DNA of 62,930 nucleotides, filler included, from Trichomonas gallinae (Eukaryota): NCBI GenBank assembly GCA_008369845.1. It is 6 parts of 6 records of this genome, joined end to end, with 100 filler letters (N's around TTAATTAATTAA, not from the genome) between each part and the next. Parts side by side here need not be neighbours in the genome. Positions count along the whole stretch, not along the records: positions 1 to 19,925 come from MRSU01001620.1; 5 more parts are not named here. One strand, 5' to 3'. Shown piece by piece: positions 1 to 10,303 of this stretch (position 1 is its first letter; each line of letters starts with the position of its first letter). The notes under the pieces were generated by a model. It saw only the letters and a program-made list of their open reading frames with translations, ran no database searches and was not told where the DNA came from. The position numbers and the translations under genes were made by a program.

Positions 1-464
1 CATATTCCCCTATGCCATATGTATCCAACAGGCATGGTTTCGAGGCGATCTGAAAAGGTGGAGGGAGTTCCCCCCTTTTTCATTCTTCACCTTCAAATTT
101 CATTTCTTGACTTTATTCAAATTGATTTTTGTTAATTTATTGTGATGTATAGTTCATTTAAATATATATTTAACTTATACAACACATAAGTTCAGATACA
201 TTTATCTAAACTAGATTTGATTTCATAAATTTTTGAAATCAAAATATATCTGTGAATGGGTTCAATAATATAATATATATTGGATAAATTGATATGGATA
301 ATAATAGATTTGTGTTTGGATTGATAAATGCTAACTAAAAAAAAAAAGAATATTTTATTTCGAAACAGGCAAAGTCCAACATTAATGCTTATCGAAGAAA
401 TGTAGCTATATTTCCTAAATGACACATCAATGTTTGTTAATAATTAATAGATTTTGTTAATTTT

Positions 465-1259
465 TCATTTCTTTGGTGAACGAGCTCTATCTCTCCTTGG
501 TGGTGATCTACCCCTTCTTGGTGGCGAGCGTGGCCTCCTTGGAGGAGATCTATCGCGGTCTGGAGAATAATCTCTATATGATGGCGATCTTCTTCTTGGA
601 GGTGATCTATCGCGTCTTGAATATGGAGGTGATCTATCCCTCCTTGGTGGAGATCGAGGTCTTCCACGATCTCTTCTATCTAAATCATCGTCGTAGTCAG
701 AATCTGAATCGCGATATCTGCCTCTGCCCTTACGAGGTGGACTCACATCACGCTTCGAAGGAGGAGGCTTTGGTTTATTTGAATCTTTATCTTTGCGAGA
801 AGAGTCATTACTTTTAGCATCAGATTTTTCTGGTTTATCTGGTCTAGATCCAGTTTCTTTTGGATCTCTGCCAGCATTAGACGGAGCATCTTTTGCTAAC
901 TCTTTTCCGCTAGTAGGCTTTTTAGTTTTACTTTTAGTGACAATATCGAAACCGGTGAATGGGAATGGATTATTTGAGTCTTCATAGAATAAAGGCGCTT
1001 TTTTGGGCGGTGGATCATTTTTAATTTCTGCTTTTATAGTAACATCTTTAAATGGCGTGATATTCATTGCTTCGATAGTTTCTGCGATATCATATTTTGT
1101 TTGTAAAACTACAGATACGTATCCTTCGAATTGCTGATTTTTAGGATTGAGAATTTTTTCTACTTTCTGAGGTGTTCCGAAGCTCTCAACAAATTGCTTG
1201 ATCTCCTCCGTCTTAGCGAGTGGAACGTTAGAGAGGAGAAGGCGAATAGGCTTCGTCAT
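465..1259 (-). CDS. RRM-domain protein with C-terminal Arg/Ser/Pro-rich (SR-like) tail
   Basis: N-terminal RRM-like pattern (RLLLSNVP...FEGYVSVV); repeated RSPPRR/RDRSP units at the C-terminus. Confidence 0.75.
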   Translation of the reverse strand: MTKPIRLLLSNVPLAKTEEIKQFVESFGTPQKVEKILNPKNQQFEGYVSVVLQTKYDIAETIEAMNITPFKDVTIKAEIKNDPPPKKAPLFYEDSNNPFPFTGFDIVTKSKTKKPTSGKELAKDAPSNAGRDPKETGSRPDKPEKSDAKSNDSSRKDKDSNKPKPPPSKRDVSPPRKGRGRYRDSDSDYDDDLDRRDRGRPRSPPRRDRSPPYSRRDRSPPRRRSPSYRDYSPDRDRSPPRRPRSPPRRGRSPPRRDRARSPKK

Positions 1260-1845
1260 TTTTGTTTAGATGACGATAAGATTTTCCCGCCAAAAAAACA
1301 TTTGAAAAATTCTCTCGATTTCCATGTGCAAACACTTTTTATAAGTCATGAAATAAATATATCTTTTTTGTCATGTAAAATTATTATTCTATGCATCTGA
1401 CACGTAAAATCGAATTTAATATTCTTCTTCTTTTCTTTATAATATTGGAATGTATCTATATAGTTTCACTTTTTCAAATCCATCTTCGGTAAAACTCGAA
1501 GTTTACATCAAATTTATTAATAATATTGGTTTTCTTAATGACTAATGTCGTATATATGCCTTTGTGATGTTCCTTTGGTTTGACCTTAGAGCTGAATCTT
1601 TCTTTTTTTTTCGGGATCTTTGCAAAATCAATTTCTATGATGGCTATTAGACTTAGATTAGGCTTATTTTGAAGATGTATTCTAAAAACAATTGAAATTG
1701 GAAAATTAAAATATTTATTCAGATTAAAACTTGGGAGTTGTACATTGTTGCATGGGTAAACGATTATCAGGGCATTTGTAATAACAAAAAAGTTACCCGA
1801 CTTTTAAAGATCGGTAAAAATTATTTATTCAATGCAACTAAAAAT

Positions 1846-2334
1846 TTAGATATCTTCTTCCCAGGACTTGGACCATGTTGGGGATGTCTCTGTCTGGAAG
1901 GATGGAGCACCGTTGGAAACAGCAGAAACCTTCTTGAATGGAAGTCTCTCGCCAACGTTAGCTTCAACCTTCTTGAATGGAAGGCGGTCAACAACATGTG
2001 GATGGCGTGGGCGGAAAGCGTGTGGGCGGAATCCGTTAGTAGCGGAGCAAAGGTGTGTTAATGTGCAGGCCTCCTTAACTGATTCACCACCACGGAGGAA
2101 TTTGATAAGCTTGTTGTAGTATGTGTCGACAATGATGTTGCAAGCATCAACGAGGAATCCTGGTGCCTTAGCACAGACTGCGTTGAGCTTTTCATGAATT
2201 TCAGAATCATCGAGGCCCTGAGCGATGCCATCGGAAAGGACCTTAGCGACGATATGGCAGATATCGCACTTGCTGAATGAAAATTCGTTCTTTGGCTGCG
2301 ATGCAACGCTTGCACTGAAGAGGAACAGTAACAT
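1846..2334 (-). CDS. Saposin-like (SapB/SAPLIP) secreted protein
   Basis: Hydrophobic leader MLLFLFSASVAS from ATG 2334; six-Cys saposin pattern CDIC...C...C...C...C. Confidence 0.85.
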   Translation of the reverse strand: MLLFLFSASVASQPKNEFSFSKCDICHIVAKVLSDGIAQGLDDSEIHEKLNAVCAKAPGFLVDACNIIVDTYYNKLIKFLRGGESVKEACTLTHLCSATNGFRPHAFRPRHPHVVDRLPFKKVEANVGERLPFKKVSAVSNGAPSFQTETSPTWSKSWEEDI

Positions 2335-2342
2335 TTGTGTCA

Positions 2343-2349
2343 AACCGCC
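2343..2349 (-). promoter_or_regulatory. M3-like core promoter motif (GGCGGTT) just upstream of the saposin ATG
   Basis: GGCGGTT 8 nt upstream of ATG 2334; resembles T. vaginalis motif 3; also one arm of the short inverted repeat AAACCGC/GCGGTTT. Confidence 0.4.
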
Positions 2350-3454
2350 TTTTTTGCGGTTTTGTGTGTCAATTTGACAGTCAAATTTTTAAGGTTTCAT
2401 TAATCATATGCTTTATCATGTAATAAACATATTATTTTTCGTGGTTTTCAAATTGAGAGGGAACATCCAAAAACCATGGATAACAGCATATTTATTGATA
2501 TACTACAGGATTTTCCAATTAAATCCCGTGAAATCATAATCTTTTATTCAAATCGTGAATCTTTACTCTTTTTTTACTTTTTTGATAAATATTTGATCAA
2601 GACATAATGGATATCATTCATAACAAACGTTACTTTCTTTATTCTAAATTTATCTTGAAATTTTTAAAATTGGTTTATGGATAAAATGAGATATATTGTG
2701 TTCAAGTATAAGTAAAAATATCGCTAATCTTCGTATAAATCTCACCCAACTCACGTTTTATAATGTTTTTAAATAAAGATTTTTGGTTGTATCATTGAAT
2801 ACACAATATACAACGCCTTAGAAATTATTATATATATCACATATATTCTCCAATTTCGATGAATTCATTTATCTTGTAATTCACATTTTCATGAACTTTG
2901 TAAAATGAGTCTAAAACATTGGATTTATGCCATTATTGTCGATAAAATTTAATTTATTACACTGACTAATCATAGCTTCTAAATCCAATTAATTGTTGAA
3001 ATAAAAAAGTATTGAATTTCAGTAAAAAAGTAAATGAAATAGTATTGCATACATGGGTGAAAATATTATCGGCTGAATAAAGGGTCTGGTATATGGAAAA
3101 TTCAGGAAGATTCGTTCAAAATTAAAGCTATAGCGTAAATATCACCATGAGGCATACATGTTAGAAAATCTCAACTAGTTACAAGACTATCTATTACCAA
3201 CAAAAAAATAAATCATGGATTCTATCGAAAGTTGAAGATCATTTATTGCAAAAATCTATTTTTACGTGTCAAAAATATAATTTATTTGTCAAATAAATTT
3301 ATGACAAATGTTCAATTTTACATGACAAAATGATAATTTATTTGTCAAATAAAATTTATCAAATTCAAGACCAATTTTTATACTGTTATTGGGCTGTCAT
3401 GTGTGTGAAAATGCGATGCAGCGAATAAATAAAATAAGATATTGACAAAATTCG

Positions 3455-6400
3455 ATGTTTTCCGATTTGCTTTGCGAGTGGATTAACTCGTCGCTATCTT
3501 CATATCTGGAAGGTGTGTCGAAGGATCAAGCAAATTTCAGTTTGTTAAAAGGAAAACTAGAACTCTCGCATGTACAATTATATAAATATGCTTTACTTCA
3601 GCACAACTTGCCTTTAGTCATCGACAGGGGTGTTATTTCATCGATAGAGATCAATGTCCCCGTGAAAAGTTTGACTGATATCTTCGCGACAGTAAATGTT
3701 CAAGATATCACCATCGTTTGTCATCCTCTGATCCTTGCTACAGACAAATACCTGCCGAAAGAGGATCTGCCGAAGATAAGAGAGCATCAAATGCACGCGC
3801 ACGAGTATTTTAAGAAAACTTTTAACTCATTAATCAGCAAATCATCATTAAACCTATATAAAGGTATAATAAGGAGCTTTTTAAGGAACGTAAAGATCAA
3901 TGTCAGCAATATACACATTCGTGTCGAAATAGAAAATAATGATTTCGTTGATATTTTAGGCGTAAAAATAGAAAATTTACAAGTTGGCGATTTAGCGAAC
4001 AATCCAAAGCCAAGTTCGATTATACGATCCATAAAAATTGATGGGTTGTCAGTATATTACGAATTACATCAAGAAAGAGTTACAATCAATAATGTTGAGC
4101 GTTTCAAGAACGAAATGGCTCTTTTAGCTGAAATGGACCACAAGTATATCATAGAATCAGTCTCGTTGACTGGTCAAGTACAAATAAATGACGGAATTGA
4201 TAAATTTGATTTAGATATCGACTTACCAGAACTAGTTGCAAACATCGGACTTTATCATATCAATCTATTCTTACGAGTTTTAGAAGATTACCCTAAATTC
4301 TTGCTCTATTGGCGCTGCAGGACAATTGCAAGACCAGATCCAGAAAATCTCCAAGATTGCTGGAGATTCGTAAATAAATGTGCATTCAAATCGCATACAT
4401 CAGAAAGAAACGTATCATCAAACGTCAGAGAATTATGTAAATCTTTCTTCGAATATCGCAAAGCTCAAAAAGCGAAGAATTTGAACGAAATAGCAAGAAT
4501 TGAGCACACATTGCCAGTTAGAATCGCATTATTGTACAGAGATCTTTCTATTTCAAAACCGAAAAAGATGAAACAATATGAAGATGTTTTCGTGAAAGTT
4601 GAAACCGATCTACAGCTTATTCTATCTTCGTTAATCCGTATGTTATCAATCAAATGCACAGCGAAGGCCCTTGCCTTGAGATTGACGCACGATACTTTGC
4701 CATCAGCCATCGAATTCAAGATCTGCAACGGAAGTATTGCTTGGATTTACAAAAATCGCTCTTTCATTCTCCAAGCATTGTTTAATGATATAATTATGTC
4801 GATGATCAACAAAAACACAAAAACACAGCTGATGACTTCAAAGGACCAGACAGGCTTCAAATTTACAACAACACTCAAAGTCTTAGACAGCTACAACATT
4901 TTACTCAAAAACAAATCAACACTCGACATCGAATTCAACGCGAATTTATACGAAGTAGATTTAAGCAAGTTAAATGTTCAAAAGTTTGATCCTATCATTT
5001 TGCAGTACTTGAAGATGATGATTAACATCATCGGCAGCCCATTCTTCCCATTGGATTTCAATAATATATCAATCAGATCATGTCCAGCTGAATTCAAGAT
5101 AAAACTGACAGATGATATCTCAGCGGTTTTGTCATATAAAGTTTTCACTTTTATCGAAAGAAAGTTCAACCTTTACAAAGCGAGTATATCACTTAAATAC
5201 AAAGACACAAGGTTCGACTTGATCAATGACGTGTCAGTGACAGGCACATTGCATCACTCGAAGTGCCCGATCGATATTACTCCAGTGCAATTCAGACTCG
5301 ACTGGGAATTGTTGCCAATCATTGTAAAACTCGTTTCAAGCTTTGACTGGGTCATAGGAGTTGTTGAAGCTGTAGTTCCTCAGCTGCCCAGCATATTACC
5401 TCACTACAAATTCGAGTTTAAACTTCCTTCGATAACAATGAATGTCTTCTTCAATGGCAATTATTGCTACGACATTTTATTGAATGACATTTCAGGAAGA
5501 ATAATGACTAGGGAAGGAATCATTCATTTGTTCACCAAGTCTTTGATAATTACTGATTATCTGAGAGTCAACAAAATCGCTATAAGCATCACATCAGACT
5601 TTAAAGCGACTTTATCTGCTGAATTCGTAAAAGTCAGAATTTTCCACTTAATGACTTTGATGCCGAAAGACTTCTTCCACGGTTTATCATTAGTTGTGCC
5701 TCTCCCTACTATAGGACTCTACGTCAATCAGTTAATGATTGATTTTTCGTTTGGTAAAATTAACGTGATTTATTTATGTCATCAAATGAAAGGCGAAATC
5801 ATCGACAGCAAAATTTATTTCTCGGGGACATCACAGTTGATGATAAATAACACAGATTTCTTAAACTCAGCACAACTAGAATCGGCCAGTTTGTATTTTG
5901 ACAAGAAAGTTAAGCTCGACATTCATTTCGACAAAGTTTATCCAGTTATAACGAGCGATTTAGTCAACGACTTCCTTATGTATAGAGTGCCGATGGATTT
6001 GTTTCCTAGGGACTTCGAAATCAATTTGTCTGTTTACATCAACAATCTCATAGCTTTCGAGAATTTCTTCATACAAGACATTTTGCTCGATTTCCACAAC
6101 AGAGAGAACGAATTAATCGGTTTGTTAACTTTGAAGAAAATTGAGATGCCGTATGTTATAGTTTACAACAAACCTGAAGATATTTTGCTGACATTAGATA
6201 TTTGCCACGGAATTTACAAAGCACAGCTCGATAATATTGAAGCCTTCGTTGATCCAAGCAAATTCATCAAAATCATCAACCAAATTGCCGGACTTGAGTT
6301 CAGAATACCAGAAGATATAACAGGTGAAGCAATTTTGAATAACTTTAAGCTACATCTAAGACTACCTGAAGATGAAATCACATGTCAGTTTTCTATGGAA

Positions 6401-8632
6401 GGATCAATCAAAATGGACAAGTTTATTGTCACAGCAACAATGAGAGATTTGATTTTGAGCTTAGATAAGATGGATATCGTAGAAATTCCGCTTGCTGAAG
6501 TTTCCACAGACAATGACATAAAGTGTCTGACAAAAACAGTCAATGTCGATTGTTCTCTTTGGCAGTTGTTGAGATTGATACAATTAGCAACAGCTGATTT
6601 ACTGCCAACTATCAAAATACCGAATATAGTCTTCAATGACTACGGAAGAAAGCTCGCGATTCACACGGATTCTACAACCATTTATTTAAGAACGCAAGCG
6701 TCAATGAATTACGGTCCATTTGCTTTGAAAGTCAGTCTCAAAGACACTGTTTTAGATATATATAACTTCGTTGTCTCAACAGGATTCAACTGCTTGGCTG
6801 CTGTTTCTCCTTTCGAGTATCAAGATTCAATTTCAGGAACATTCACTGGCTCGATTGACATTTTGCATAATATCTTAAACATTCAACTCGATGACGGCTT
6901 GAAAGCTGTAATTTCGCCAATGCACATTGCAGCTATGGCATCGTTGGTTGACACTAATCACATTGTTCCTCCTTTCTTGAGGATTTCCAATGAATGCGCT
7001 TTCGATGTGACAATCAACGACAAGTTTTTCGTCCCCAGAAATTCATCTTTCTTTTTGAGAGTCAGTGGTTTTATTGACAGAATAACTGTTACAACAGAAG
7101 ACAAAAGATCATTGACAGTTGAAACACGCACACTGTCGAATGTTTTCAGGTGCTTCGCGTTCAATGACAAGAAGAACTCAACGATTGCAATGTGCATCGA
7201 AGGTAGTATTCTAAAACTCTCATCGAGATATATTTTATGCAACAACACTTCAATCGTCATAAGGTATATATTAGGCGGATTCAAGATCTTCCAAATCTCG
7301 CCGATGGATATCAGCTGTCTTCCACCTGAATACAAGATGAATTCTGTCTCAATGCAAACAGCTGGATTAAAGAAGACAACGAAGAAAGTTGGTGATGTGA
7401 CTTATGTCGAATTCGAAAGCAAAATCTTTCCACCAAACGGTTTGCTTGATGATGGCAAATCGATTCCATTCCACGTCGTCACTCCTCCTCCTGTTGGCAA
7501 GAAGCTCGCTTTCACAGGAAAAGTTTCTTGCAAGCTCGGAGAAACGACTTTAGTTATCAATGATGGTTTGCTAAGAGAAATTTGTCGTGTCAAAACTGAT
7601 TTGACACTAGACATCGCCATCAATGACGGAACATTCGACGTCAATCTGAAAGTTAATAATTTCAGCATAGAGTCGAGAGTGAGAACAATTCTACAGGGGG
7701 CATCTTCTCCTATATTAGATCTAAACGCAGTTTTAACCGAGCCACCGAACATCGAAGATCTCAATATAGTTATCGGCGACTGCGTTGTTTCTTTAGATGT
7801 GTCAGTTTTAGCGACAATTTACAGAGAATATCTGATGAGAAACAATTTCCTGAATGACATTGAAAAAAGAGCACCAGCGAGATCTGTAACAATACAGATT
7901 AACACGCCAATCGTTGATAGGTCTTATTCACCTTTGTCAAAAATCATGATGCAGAATTCTTATGTTACTTTTACTCCAGCTGACCCAATTGATATAATAG
8001 GAATCATTGAGATGCTGAACATTCAGCATATATCGATATCAGCAGGTGACATGTCAGTTAAATGCGTCAATAAGAGAGAAACAGTTATGCATCCGCTGTT
8101 GTCAATTATTCCATCATTCGGAAGATTGACGATGAACTTGAAAGGCAAGCCTGTTATTGAGACTGATGATATCTGGGCTCCATTCAAGAACACAGACTTC
8201 AACATGCTCAAGCCTTTAGTCATGCAATTCCTCAAAGATTCAGAATGCTTCGGATCAATCAACACCGTTTTAGAGAGATATCCGATAACATTCGATATGA
8301 ATTTCGCGACTAAATTTGTTACATACATCAAGATTTCCATTGCTATTCTGCACAACATGATTTCTTACTTCTCCAGTGTTGGTCACTCAATATGTGGAGG
8401 AGAGCAGCTGCCAGAGAATGCCGAGACGCTTGAAATCATCAACTGGTGGGTGACATCTTTCTATTATTCAATTGTTAGCGCTTTCACTGAAATCAAGCAA
8501 GCTGTGCGAGGCCTTCCGAAGAAATTTGTTGAAAATTTCTTGATCATTATCATTTCCTTGTTCCAAATATCACTTGTTATTCCAGACTTCTTTTTGGTTA
8601 TCGTTGACATTTTGCAAAGACTTGTATCATAA
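3455..8632 (+). CDS. VPS13-like (chorein N-terminal domain) large lipid-transfer-type protein
   Basis: N-terminus LSSYLEGVSKDQANFSLLKGKLELSHVQL...LPLVIDRGVISSIEINVP and NVKINVSNIHIRVE match chorein_N/VPS13; long beta-rich body. Confidence 0.7.
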   Translation: MFSDLLCEWINSSLSSYLEGVSKDQANFSLLKGKLELSHVQLYKYALLQHNLPLVIDRGVISSIEINVPVKSLTDIFATVNVQDITIVCHPLILATDKYLPKEDLPKIREHQMHAHEYFKKTFNSLISKSSLNLYKGIIRSFLRNVKINVSNIHIRVEIENNDFVDILGVKIENLQVGDLANNPKPSSIIRSIKIDGLSVYYELHQERVTINNVERFKNEMALLAEMDHKYIIESVSLTGQVQINDGIDKFDLDIDLPELVANIGLYHINLFLRVLEDYPKFLLYWRCRTIARPDPENLQDCWRFVNKCAFKSHTSERNVSSNVRELCKSFFEYRKAQKAKNLNEIARIEHTLPVRIALLYRDLSISKPKKMKQYEDVFVKVETDLQLILSSLIRMLSIKCTAKALALRLTHDTLPSAIEFKICNGSIAWIYKNRSFILQALFNDIIMSMINKNTKTQLMTSKDQTGFKFTTTLKVLDSYNILLKNKSTLDIEFNANLYEVDLSKLNVQKFDPIILQYLKMMINIIGSPFFPLDFNNISIRSCPAEFKIKLTDDISAVLSYKVFTFIERKFNLYKASISLKYKDTRFDLINDVSVTGTLHHSKCPIDITPVQFRLDWELLPIIVKLVSSFDWVIGVVEAVVPQLPSILPHYKFEFKLPSITMNVFFNGNYCYDILLNDISGRIMTREGIIHLFTKSLIITDYLRVNKIAISITSDFKATLSAEFVKVRIFHLMTLMPKDFFHGLSLVVPLPTIGLYVNQLMIDFSFGKINVIYLCHQMKGEIIDSKIYFSGTSQLMINNTDFLNSAQLESASLYFDKKVKLDIHFDKVYPVITSDLVNDFLMYRVPMDLFPRDFEINLSVYINNLIAFENFFIQDILLDFHNRENELIGLLTLKKIEMPYVIVYNKPEDILLTLDICHGIYKAQLDNIEAFVDPSKFIKIINQIAGLEFRIPEDITGEAILNNFKLHLRLPEDEITCQFSMEGSIKMDKFIVTATMRDLILSLDKMDIVEIPLAEVSTDNDIKCLTKTVNVDCSLWQLLRLIQLATADLLPTIKIPNIVFNDYGRKLAIHTDSTTIYLRTQASMNYGPFALKVSLKDTVLDIYNFVVSTGFNCLAAVSPFEYQDSISGTFTGSIDILHNILNIQLDDGLKAVISPMHIAAMASLVDTNHIVPPFLRISNECAFDVTINDKFFVPRNSSFFLRVSGFIDRITVTTEDKRSLTVETRTLSNVFRCFAFNDKKNSTIAMCIEGSILKLSSRYILCNNTSIVIRYILGGFKIFQISPMDISCLPPEYKMNSVSMQTAGLKKTTKKVGDVTYVEFESKIFPPNGLLDDGKSIPFHVVTPPPVGKKLAFTGKVSCKLGETTLVINDGLLREICRVKTDLTLDIAINDGTFDVNLKVNNFSIESRVRTILQGASSPILDLNAVLTEPPNIEDLNIVIGDCVVSLDVSVLATIYREYLMRNNFLNDIEKRAPARSVTIQINTPIVDRSYSPLSKIMMQNSYVTFTPADPIDIIGIIEMLNIQHISISAGDMSVKCVNKRETVMHPLLSIIPSFGRLTMNLKGKPVIETDDIWAPFKNTDFNMLKPLVMQFLKDSECFGSINTVLERYPITFDMNFATKFVTYIKISIAILHNMISYFSSVGHSICGGEQLPENAETLEIINWWVTSFYYSIVSAFTEIKQAVRGLPKKFVENFLIIIISLFQISLVIPDFFLVIVDILQRLVS

Positions 8633-8717
8633 CCGAATTATTTTTTGTTATTTATATTATTTATTTCGAGAAAATAAAATTTTTGTTTGTTTGTTTATTT
8701 ATTTTAAACTATATGGA

Positions 8718-10245
8718 GAAATCGATGATTGATGTATTTCTGATACCAAAAATGCCACTTTTGTTCATGTGATATGACAAATGTTGGATTTTTTGTAAAA
8801 GTGACATTATGAAATTTCCATGATTTTTATATTTTTATTTTTTTTATATCGAATGATATAAAAGCATAACTTATTTCCATTTTGCTGCATTTACAGAAAT
8901 ATTTAGAAATGATATCATTTGTTATGCTATTGTAAATGCAAGGATTTTTGAAGATAAGAAAATAATTAATTTAATAAAGCCTAAAAACAACTCAAATGAT
9001 AAATATTTATTACATCTATGCGATTGAGAAATCTTATATTACATGATGAATGGGGTGATTTTTATATTTCACCTAAGGATCCTACTGAAGTGATAAATTA
9101 TACCGAGAAAACAGCATATACGATTGCTAACGATCAGAGTGTTTACTTCCATGATTCTGTTGTAATTGGACTTCAAAATAGAGTAATATTCTTTGAAGGA
9201 ACTAATTCTAAAGCTTTGATTGAGTCATGTAAATTTGATAATATTTCCGGATCTGGTAGTGAGGGAAGCACAATTCGTTTTGTTTCATCATCCGGCCAAA
9301 TTGTTCAGAACAAAATTTGTTCTAATAATTGCAGCATGGCTTCATATAATAATGGCGTTTACACATATCAAAATGTGTATGACTCTGATGATTCAAAAAA
9401 CTATATTGTTGAGTGTAGTATTGTGAAGAGTTTCTCAAAAGACGGAGGGGAAACGATTGAGTTGTATTATGGTGAAATGAAGTTGTCAAATAATAATTTA
9501 ACAGACTCTGATACTGGAAATATTCCAGTTTTATATTCAGAATCTCCTTCAAAAGATGCTATCATATCATTTATGAAAATTAATAATAATATTGGTAGTA
9601 AAACTCATGGATGTTCGTTTCATTTTGGAAATTTTATTTATCGATACTCATATTGTGATATTTCATCAAATCAATGTCCACAATATGGGATTTTTTATTT
9701 TAATGCGAACTGTGAATTTTCATCATGTAACATAATGAATAATGCAGCATCAACGAATTATTTGTTTTATATGAATTCAGGAACGTTAACATATAGCTCA
9801 TGTTATATAAATAATCCAAATGCAAAAAATAATTATAATACAAATGTTAACACAAATTATCCAAATCCGGTCAATTTTCCAATATTTCATGTTGGATGTA
9901 TTAACCAAATCATTTCCATTCAAAAAAACTTTCAAATCACATGCAACACAGAATCATACTGTGAGAAAAATATCTATAGAATCATTGCATTATTTATATC
10001 GTAAAAAAATCAACATTATTATATAGTTGCTATACTTTTCGCGGTTTGTATTGAATGATAATATTTATATATACTGTAAATATTACGAAATATCTAGTGA
10101 GAAGCTGTGTGTTTGAGGTGGCACATTTTGTACTAAATGAATAACATTTTGTCATTTTTCAAAAAAAAAAATCCAACATTTATCATAACAAATAGATCAA
10201 TAAAAGTGGCATTTTGGTATCAGAAATACATCAAACATCGATTTC
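8718..10245. mobile_element. Non-autonomous TIR element (1528 bp) carrying a host-type gene
   Basis: Inverted repeats 8718-~8806 and ~10150-10245; the outer 45 bp differ by one substitution and one indel; GA...TC ends; no transposase inside. Confidence 0.65.
9018..10004 (+). CDS. Asn/Ser/Cys-rich probable right-handed beta-helix surface protein (cargo of the TIR element); 5' end probably frameshifted
   Basis: Repeating S-x-F/I-x-N-N/C motifs and hydrophobic C-terminus; upstream ATG 8996 is out of frame by 1. Confidence 0.6.
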   Translation: MRLRNLILHDEWGDFYISPKDPTEVINYTEKTAYTIANDQSVYFHDSVVIGLQNRVIFFEGTNSKALIESCKFDNISGSGSEGSTIRFVSSSGQIVQNKICSNNCSMASYNNGVYTYQNVYDSDDSKNYIVECSIVKSFSKDGGETIELYYGEMKLSNNNLTDSDTGNIPVLYSESPSKDAIISFMKINNNIGSKTHGCSFHFGNFIYRYSYCDISSNQCPQYGIFYFNANCEFSSCNIMNNAASTNYLFYMNSGTLTYSSCYINNPNAKNNYNTNVNTNYPNPVNFPIFHVGCINQIISIQKNFQITCNTESYCEKNIYRIIALFIS

Positions 10246-10247
10246 AA

Positions 10248-10303
10248 GGAAGAGCGTAGTGCCTATGACGCTATGGACCTGGGTTCAAGTCCCTGTGGAA
10301 CCA
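10248..10303 (+). pseudogene. 5'-truncated tRNA-Ile(TAT)
   Basis: GGAAGAGC 3' D-arm, anticodon stem TAGTG/CGCTA with TAT at 10264-10266, T-loop TTCAAGT, acceptor 3' strand TGGAACCA then T6; 5' acceptor strand absent; C at position 33 and a T-T mismatch in the T-stem. Confidence 0.8.

Noticed and set aside
437..987. Small ORFs overlapping the SR-like gene
   Set aside because: Shadow frames of the RSPP repeat
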